DNA from: an uncultured Chlamydiae bacterium
GTDB lineage: Bacteria > Chlamydiota > Chlamydiia > Chlamydiales > SM23-39
NCBI GenBank assembly: GCA_963828125.1
Contig: CAWHDP010000002.1
Location: forward strand, 1,280,001 to 1,344,000
Length of the DNA stretch: 64,000 nucleotides
Direction of reading: 5' to 3'
The notes below the pieces were generated by a model. It saw nothing but the letters and a program-made list of their open reading frames with translations, searched no databases and was not told where the DNA came from. A program made the position numbers and the translations under genes. Every line of letters begins with the position of its first letter. Within the stretch, counting starts at the first letter, position 1. Positions 57,576-64,000 of this stretch are shown piece after piece.

Positions 57576-59936
57576 TCACGCCTCTGACTTCACGATTTTC
57601 CAAACTTCCTTGTATTTTTTCCCATCTATCTCCGCGCCTGGGCACGGGATTGCCCAACCGCTCTCTTCCAGGACTTTCAAAACTTTTCGCGCTTTTGCCG
57701 CCGCTCGAATTTCATTTGGGCCATATTGGTTAAGCACACTCAATGGAATGAGGTCTGTCCCTTTAGTTTCTTGCCGTCGCCAACACCATTCAAGAACTTT
57801 GCAAGCCGTCAAAGTATCTGGCGGAACTGATAAATATCCATGGAGGCGCAGCCTTTCGGTTAAATAATATTCCATGAGAAAGATGCCCCTCTCAACGTAC
57901 TCCACCCCAATTTCACAAGTATCGGGGTTTTCAATCATCGATAAGGTTACCGCAAGACGGCCTACATGTTCAGGGGCTTTACTGCCTAGATCCCGGATCA
58001 AGGCCAGTCGTTTTCCTTCCCCCAATTGCCCTTCAATCTCGTTGTAATAGCTCATCCAGGTCTTTTTCGCTTCCTCGCTTAACTGCAAGACAGGAGGAGT
58101 TAATTCTGTATGTCGCGGCGGTTCCCCTAAGGGCATTTCACGATCCATTAACAGTTTGATTCTCAGCCAATATTGCTGCATGGATTGGTCACGACTGAGA
58201 TCCTCCTCAACATAAAACCTAGTGCCTGCCGTAGATGCCGGAAAAGAGAACAGGCACCGGCTTAAAAACCCCTGACCAACCATCATCTGGTCGGAGATTA
58301 GATCAGCCAAAAAAACTTCTTGAATCATGAGATGCATGGATACTCTTTTACCAAATATAAGAGTGCTACCATCCCCGCTGCGCATTCTAGTAATCGCCTT
58401 TCCATCCCACAGTCCCGATAAGCCAGCAGTCGTTTTGCCATTGTTATCCTTACTCATGGAGTAACTCTTCAAGAACCGTCCCCCTTCATCGCTAAATAAA
58501 CCGACACTTGGCTGTCCTATCGTTAAATATTTGACCAACCCTTCATAGGTTGGCTCCTCAAATAGTATCATTGGATACAGTGGAGGAACAGGGGGTGGAT
58601 TATCGAATTTGGTTGCTTCCTCTTTCCCGCGAACTATGCCCTGTTCCCACTTCTTTTTTTTAGCCTCCCAAAACCTTTGATCTCTTAGATAATTCGCGTA
58701 ATTCTTCTGATACTCCTCATATAAAAGCTTTTGGTGCTCGTAAACGGGCTTGAGAGCTACCTTATCGGCAGCACTTTTCCGTTCTCCCGAATTAGCAATC
58801 GTCACAAAATGTTCGGATATTACAGATTGTCTGCCATCGATGATCAAATCTGCATGCGCTTGACAGGCAAAAGTTGCCGTTGCCAATACACTCTGACCAC
58901 ATACAGCATCGGGAGCTTGAATCACTCGCTGCATTGCTTTTGCCGCGGGACCGAGAATATCCCCCAAAGCTTCAAATGGAAATGGAATCGCGGATGGCAA
59001 TTCTCGGAAAAGAGGCGTCGGCTTCCCCAGCGGAGGATCATTCAACCCTAGAAATACCAACAGGTCTTTTGCCGTTTTACCATCGCAATGAGTGTGGAAA
59101 CATTTGAAACCATGTCCAGGATAGCCATTCGTGTTCGGTTCATAGTATTTTGTTCCATGGTCTTGAGCAGAATGGAGATCTCTCCAGGGGCAATGAATCG
59201 TCCAAGTTCCAAAAGGGCTCTTTTCCTTTTTGATGATAAGAGCTTTTTCATGCAAAGCTTTGAACACAGGATTGGAAAATGTAGGCGGCGGTTCCGACAA
59301 TTTCGGAGGCGGTGAGGGAACTTCAAAAGATTTTGCAAACTCCTCAAAAGAGAAAGGAGGCCCCTTCCTCTCTTGAATGATCTTTGTGGCGAAAGGCTCT
59401 TTCTTAAGATGCAAAAAACCTGGCAGCCGCATCGCTCTTGGAAGATCTTTCACAGCAGGGTCTCCTTTAAATCGAGCACTCAAAATCTCTTGCATCTCTG
59501 TAAATCGATCTAAGGGGACGCCCTCTACGATCCAGTAGGCATGATAACGACCGGAGCTTGACTCTATCACAACATGTGGCGGTAGCGGCGCCCCGAGGAT
59601 CGGTTCCAGCGGACTCCCGTCTAGATCCACAAAAAGGGCGCGGATCTTTACGATGTTTTCAGCTTTCCTTCCTTTTCCGTCAGTGAGATTCACAGTGACG
59701 GTTACCGCACTTCCGGTAGTGTTGACCTTTATTAAATGCTTCTGACATTCCGCGAACGTACCATGAATAGTATGAGGATAGATGCTCTGGCCATTTGACC
59801 CCTCTCCGAAAATCTGAAATGTGAAAGGGCTCTTTTGATCGTGTTCTGAGAGTATGTTTAGAAATTGCTCAGCGGTCTTCAGATCTATGAGTGAATGCTC
59901 ATCTTCAGGAAACATTTTAAAATCTTGCTTGTTCAT
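57576..59936 (-). CDS. RepB-type primase (AEP) fused to a DUF3987 P-loop domain
   Basis: LFVDLD, SSSGRYHAYW, MRLPG, CPW...H...C-H-H-C, SGERKS, SDEGG. Confidence 0.9.
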   Translation of the reverse strand: MNKQDFKMFPEDEHSLIDLKTAEQFLNILSEHDQKSPFTFQIFGEGSNGQSIYPHTIHGTFAECQKHLIKVNTTGSAVTVTVNLTDGKGRKAENIVKIRALFVDLDGSPLEPILGAPLPPHVVIESSSGRYHAYWIVEGVPLDRFTEMQEILSARFKGDPAVKDLPRAMRLPGFLHLKKEPFATKIIQERKGPPFSFEEFAKSFEVPSPPPKLSEPPPTFSNPVFKALHEKALIIKKEKSPFGTWTIHCPWRDLHSAQDHGTKYYEPNTNGYPGHGFKCFHTHCDGKTAKDLLVFLGLNDPPLGKPTPLFRELPSAIPFPFEALGDILGPAAKAMQRVIQAPDAVCGQSVLATATFACQAHADLIIDGRQSVISEHFVTIANSGERKSAADKVALKPVYEHQKLLYEEYQKNYANYLRDQRFWEAKKKKWEQGIVRGKEEATKFDNPPPVPPLYPMILFEEPTYEGLVKYLTIGQPSVGLFSDEGGRFLKSYSMSKDNNGKTTAGLSGLWDGKAITRMRSGDGSTLIFGKRVSMHLMIQEVFLADLISDQMMVGQGFLSRCLFSFPASTAGTRFYVEEDLSRDQSMQQYWLRIKLLMDREMPLGEPPRHTELTPPVLQLSEEAKKTWMSYYNEIEGQLGEGKRLALIRDLGSKAPEHVGRLAVTLSMIENPDTCEIGVEYVERGIFLMEYYLTERLRLHGYLSVPPDTLTACKVLEWCWRRQETKGTDLIPLSVLNQYGPNEIRAAAKARKVLKVLEESGWAIPCPGAEIDGKKYKEVWKIVKSEA

Positions 59937-59956
59937 CTACTACCTTCTGATTATGT

Positions 59957-60178
59957 TCATTTTCTCGAATCAGCGAGGGAGGGGCGGTTATCCCGCGCCC
60001 AATTAAAAAACTCCTCCTCATCTATGAGGACGCGCCCTGCGGCTTTGAAAAAAACTCGATCACACTTTTTCTTCCTCCTAAAAGCATAGAGGTGCCTAAG
60101 GCCTCCTAGGGAAGGCCAGACATGGTATTCATTCCATTTGGTAACGGGAATCAATCTAGATTTCTTTTCATCTGACAT
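59957..60178 (-). CDS. Xis/AlpA-like DNA-binding protein
   Basis: WPSLGGLRHL...GRVLIDEEEF; AAGGAG RBS. Confidence 0.75.
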   Translation of the reverse strand: MSDEKKSRLIPVTKWNEYHVWPSLGGLRHLYAFRRKKKCDRVFFKAAGRVLIDEEEFFNWARDNRPSLADSRK

Positions 60179-60286
60179 AAACGCTCCTTAATTTGCGTTA
60201 TGACAGAGATTAAAGAAGATCAAATGATTAAAGCCTATGCTCCCCAATCATGGAATTCCCACTGGTGGGGAGCAAATGAAGAGTTG

Positions 60287-60943
60287 CTAGCTTCTTTCTG
60301 TAGTTGAAAGAAGATTCACATCATCTGATGTTGGAAGAACCAGATTGAGCATTTTTTCTACTTCCGCTATCTGGTCGTCTGAGATTCTAGTATCATTCAA
60401 TACGATTCGTTCCTCGCTGAGCCATTTTCTCCTTGTTTTTTCCGATGGCAATTCGCAAGGAATCTGCGATAATTTCATGAGAGCCGTAATATCTTTGAGA
60501 CGAACCTTCGGACAAATATGTAAAGCAATTCTTGCGGCTGCTAAAAATGAAACTTTTGTTTCTCTCTCGCCTTTGTCCCTATATGACTCCTTAGGCCGAG
60601 GGACATTATCCGCACCAATCCCCGCAGCCTCCAGCAACGAGGGATTTATAGATATTGAAGGTTTTTTCATAGCCCATTTTAGCCATGCAATACAGGGTGC
60701 TCGATAACCGATCCAAGGTATTAAAGTTAATTCCCCTATCGAGCCGTCCACTTCTACAGAAGCAACTAGATCAAAAATGTGCTGGCCTTGTTTCGACTGA
60801 CGCAACTGATTACAACAAGACTCATTTCCTGCATTAGAGGGCGATACCCCCATAAAAATGCAAAATACCTCTGCCGTTGTCCACCAACCGCGCTCTAATA
60901 ATCCAGCAAAATCGTAGATTCCTTCCGTAGATAAAACTGTCAT
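60287..60943 (-). CDS. Hypothetical protein coupled to the integrase
   Basis: TAATG overlap with the integrase stop. Confidence 0.7.
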   Translation of the reverse strand: MTVLSTEGIYDFAGLLERGWWTTAEVFCIFMGVSPSNAGNESCCNQLRQSKQGQHIFDLVASVEVDGSIGELTLIPWIGYRAPCIAWLKWAMKKPSISINPSLLEAAGIGADNVPRPKESYRDKGERETKVSFLAAARIALHICPKVRLKDITALMKLSQIPCELPSEKTRRKWLSEERIVLNDTRISDDQIAEVEKMLNLVLPTSDDVNLLSTTERS

Positions 60944-62220
60944 TATTTCTCCCCAAAAAGTTCTCGGTCGAGGTCCTCGACCATTTTTGATTTACGTTCT
61001 GTTTGAATGTGGGTGTAGCGGGCAGTGCTGCGGGAATCTTTGTGTCCCAGCAGCGATCCAATTTCATAGAGATCTTTGCCCTGCTTTCGAAGGGTTGTTG
61101 CATTGGTATGTCTCAAATCATGAAAGTGAAAATCGCAAATGTTTGCCCGTCTGAGCGCAGCTTCCCATGCGCTTCGGATGTCATAGGGCTTCGAAGGATT
61201 ACTGGGAGCAGGAAACACTAAGGCTTCTTTGATTAGATGCCGCCCCCTCCTTTGATGATCGGAAAGAAGGCTACGGGCGTATCCCATCAGCGGAATGGTG
61301 AGAGGTTCTCCATTCTTGGTGGTACGGAGTCGAATGACGCCCTCTGCAAAATCCACGTCTCCCCATGTGAGGTTCTTTATTTTACCGGCACGCATCCCTG
61401 TGGAAAGGGCGAGGACCGCAATCGGTAGAAGCACCGGACACTTGCTTTTCTTGACCTCTTCAAGAAGCGCTGTCTGCTCCTCGCGGGAGAGATAACGCTG
61501 TCTTGCATTTGAGAGGGAAGGCTTGGCGATCTTGAAGACGGGGTTCTCAGGAATCCACTCCCACTCTTTCCAGGCGACGGATAGGAGGTGGGAGAGGGAG
61601 GCGATGTAGCGGATCACTGTGCCTGGCGCGCGCTTGGTCTTTTTGGCGGACTCTTCAGTTTCTAGAATCGAAATAGTCGCCTTGATGAGTGAGGGGCGAA
61701 TTAGAGCCAGCGAGGAAGCTCCAAGATGTTGATTCCACCAGTCGAGATGCTGTTTTCGGTTTCTGGCATCGTTCCCTTTCTTGGGCAGCTCTTCCTTGTA
61801 ATAGCGCGCGACGGCCTCCGCAAAGGTTTTTTTGGAAGCAAGGGCATTAGGAAGGTAGATCCCAAGATCAAGGTTTCGCTGTTGCTCGTTGAGCCAGCCT
61901 TTGGCTGCCTTGACATCAACGAATGTTTTCATGAGGTCGGGATAGCCCGTGCGCCTGAAACGGGCGCGGAATGTGATGATGTTCTTGGAGTTGATGCGAA
62001 TATCTATGCCTGGGGGCAGGCGCTTTTTGAGCGCTTCTAACTGCTTCATTGTGATGACCCTATTTTTTAGGTTAAAAATTGGGTCAGCTGCTGCTCTTGG
62101 GGTGGAACTTGTTGTAGGTTCCTGTGGCTTGCTGTGCTCATTTGGTCCAGGATTGGTCCACGGCAGTGGTTTTGCCGAAAAACTTGAATCTGGAGGACCT
62201 AATGGCTTGCCCTCGGACAT
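60943..62220 (-). CDS. Tyrosine integrase of element 1 (true start may be 62049)
   Basis: TGMR, TKNG, HDLRH, LLGH, RY; adjacent to tRNA-Thr. Confidence 0.95.
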   Translation of the reverse strand: MSEGKPLGPPDSSFSAKPLPWTNPGPNEHSKPQEPTTSSTPRAAADPIFNLKNRVITMKQLEALKKRLPPGIDIRINSKNIITFRARFRRTGYPDLMKTFVDVKAAKGWLNEQQRNLDLGIYLPNALASKKTFAEAVARYYKEELPKKGNDARNRKQHLDWWNQHLGASSLALIRPSLIKATISILETEESAKKTKRAPGTVIRYIASLSHLLSVAWKEWEWIPENPVFKIAKPSLSNARQRYLSREEQTALLEEVKKSKCPVLLPIAVLALSTGMRAGKIKNLTWGDVDFAEGVIRLRTTKNGEPLTIPLMGYARSLLSDHQRRGRHLIKEALVFPAPSNPSKPYDIRSAWEAALRRANICDFHFHDLRHTNATTLRKQGKDLYEIGSLLGHKDSRSTARYTHIQTERKSKMVEDLDRELFGEK

Positions 62221-62250
62221 ACCTCCTAAAACGGGTTAGGTTTTGATGGT

Positions 62251-62323
62251 TGCCTGAAGCCGGAATCGAACCGACGACCTTCGCATTACGAATGCGCTGC
62301 TCTACCAACTGAGCTATTCAGGC
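62251..62323 (-). tRNA. tRNA-Thr(CGT)
   Basis: Full cloverleaf GCCTGAATAGCTCAGTTGGTAGAGCAGCGCATTCGTAATGCGAAGGTCGTCGGTTCGATTCCGGCTTCAGGCA. Confidence 0.97.
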
Positions 62324-62386
62324 CAAAATGAATCGACAAGATTACTAGAGAAGCTATTTTTCCCTCAATAAGATATCATTGCCTCC

Positions 62387-63079
62387 ATGTATGAAGGGAA
62401 AACAATTGGCGCCGTATTGCTGATGGGAGGCCAGGGACTCCGTTTTGGAAGCGAGGTTCCTAAACAATTCCATCTCCTCGGCGAAACAATGATTTACTGC
62501 TATCCCCTCGACACTTTAATCCGCTCAGCTCTCTTTGACGAGATCGTCCTCGTCTGCCCTCCAAACCGGATGGATATTCCGGAAGATCACGTCGCCAAGG
62601 GCGGGGCCACCCGCCAAGAATCTTCCTATCTAGGTATTCTCGCCTTCAAGCAGCGCCCTGATATCGTCCTCATCCACGATGCAGTCCGCCCTTTCGTAAC
62701 TCTCAGAATCTTGAAAGATAATGTGGAGGGGGCCGTCCGTTGGGGCGCTGTCGATACCTGCATCCCTTCTGCCGACACCCTAGTCTATGCCCCATATCGA
62801 GAAAGGATCGAATCCATCCCAATCAGAGAACACTACCTGAGAGGTCAGACGCCGCAAACTTTTCGAATGGACTGGATCTTAGAAGCCCACGAAAGGGCGC
62901 TCGCTGACGGGATCAAAAATGCAAGCGATGATTGTTCCTTGGTCTTGAGATTGGGAAAACAGGTGCATATCGTAGCGGGGGACGAGACAAATATCAAAAT
63001 CACCTCAGAATTCGATCTCGCGATCGCTAAAAACCTGCTCAAAATCCAAGCGGCGCGAGAAAAAAACAAAAATCTTTGA
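62387..63079 (+). CDS. ispD: IspD/TarI-family cytidylyltransferase
   Basis: GGQGLRFG, PKQF, GGATRQES, IHDAVRP, QTPQTF, NIKIT. Confidence 0.85.
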   Translation: MYEGKTIGAVLLMGGQGLRFGSEVPKQFHLLGETMIYCYPLDTLIRSALFDEIVLVCPPNRMDIPEDHVAKGGATRQESSYLGILAFKQRPDIVLIHDAVRPFVTLRILKDNVEGAVRWGAVDTCIPSADTLVYAPYRERIESIPIREHYLRGQTPQTFRMDWILEAHERALADGIKNASDDCSLVLRLGKQVHIVAGDETNIKITSEFDLAIAKNLLKIQAAREKNKNL

Positions 63080-63149
63080 AGAAAAAATCTTAACCATGGC
63101 AATTTTCAAGAATTGCTGATACAATCCTGTCTGTTTTTGGAGAATTCGA

Positions 63150-64000
63150 ATGACCGCTGTTACCTCAGAATCAAGACAATTGCATAACAAAGCCCTCCTC
63201 GGCGTGCTGCTCATGCTCGGAGGCCTCGCCCTTTACGCCCTCTCAGACGCCTTCATCAAACAACTAATGGGTACCTACTCAGTCCCTCAAACTAGCTTTT
63301 TACGGGCTTTCACAAGACTCGTCCCCCTTTCAATCGCAGTCTTTATGCAGGGCGGAGTAAAGCGGATCTTCTCGACGCAGCATCCAACCCGCCACATCGC
63401 CAGGCTCGGAGTCAATCTAGCCTACACGTATTCATTCATGTACGCCTTCTCAATCGCCTCCCTCACAACCATCTATACTGTTAGCTACACTTCGTCTCTC
63501 TTCATGATCGTCTTGAGCGCACTCATCCTCAAAGAAACAGTGACCCAAGAAAAATGGGTCGCCGTCGCGATCGGTATGATCGGCGTCCTCATCGCTATGC
63601 GACCAGGGACAGCCGTTTTTGAAACAGCTGCAATCGTTGTCCTCTTCGGCACTTTCCTCGGCAGCCTCAATAAGATCCTCATGCGGCGCCTCGCTGCCAC
63701 AGAACACAGCTTGGCCATCGCTATCTACCCAAATGTCGCCATGATCCTGGTCACCTTCCCTTTCTTGATCCATACTTGGCAACCCCTCTCTCTTCACGAT
63801 TGGGGGTTTTTCGCTATCGTAGGGCTCATCACCGCAACCGGCCAGTACGCAATTGCTCAGTCTCTCCGGTTCGCACAAGGATCGACGCTCGCATCCATGG
63901 ACTATTCCACTTTCTTCTGGGTCGTCGCACTCGATTTTTTCTGGTGGGAAAAAACCCCAGATCTCTTCACCCTGACCGGCGCCGCCGTAATCGTGGGGAG
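63150..64000 (+). CDS. DMT/EamA-family transporter (3' end outside window)
   Basis: MTAVTSES...GVLLMLGGLALYALSDAFIK; hydrophobic helices; LILKE, GVLIAMRPG. Confidence 0.88.
   Translation, partial: MTAVTSESRQLHNKALLGVLLMLGGLALYALSDAFIKQLMGTYSVPQTSFLRAFTRLVPLSIAVFMQGGVKRIFSTQHPTRHIARLGVNLAYTYSFMYAFSIASLTTIYTVSYTSSLFMIVLSALILKETVTQEKWVAVAIGMIGVLIAMRPGTAVFETAAIVVLFGTFLGSLNKILMRRLAATEHSLAIAIYPNVAMILVTFPFLIHTWQPLSLHDWGFFAIVGLITATGQYAIAQSLRFAQGSTLASMDYSTFFWVVALDFFWWEKTPDLFTLTGAAVIVG

Larger units (their letters stand above)
44459..62250 (-). mobile_element. Integrative element 1 (~17.8 kb, apparently intact, satellite-like defence island)
   Basis: tRNA attL, integrase, Xis-like gene, primase-DUF3987, att copy; TTGGTCCA repeats at both ends. 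Confidence 0.88.

Noticed and set aside
26357..62250. Prophage or conjugative element
   Set aside because: No recognisable capsid, portal, large terminase, tail, relaxase or T4SS genes
62845..63878. Minus-strand track ORFs
   Set aside because: Antisense to the IspD-like and EamA genes

Overview
Almost entirely accessory DNA from a bacterial chromosome, probably a Chlamydiota endosymbiont (inferred from the Rhs C-terminal domain style and ankyrin/RING cargo, not proven). Core genes appear only at the right end: tRNA-Thr(CGT), an IspD-like gene and an EamA transporter. Leftward from tRNA-Thr is a tandem array of three satellite-like integrative elements, delimited by tRNA 3' fragments at 44415 and 26311. 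Element 1 is intact: integrase, Xis-like protein, primase-DUF3987 fusion, iterons, a SNF2/type III RM/nuclease operon, AbiEi plus a PIN-like gene, and DUF3800 plus a structured RNA. Element 2 lacks an integrase and carries a primase, DUF3987, iterons, an HGGxSTG module, ankyrin, YhcG, a NUDIX-kinase-NoeA/NoeB-like operon and an orphan toxin/immunity pair. Element 3 is decayed and full of IS elements. From the left, an opposite-facing tRNA(CAT)-anchored array contributes a giant Rhs gene (missing from the ORF track because it runs off the window) and a second integrase. The most striking detail is an IS110 element whose downstream non-coding region folds into a two-loop bridge RNA. Its four guide segments match the element's own insertion junctions.
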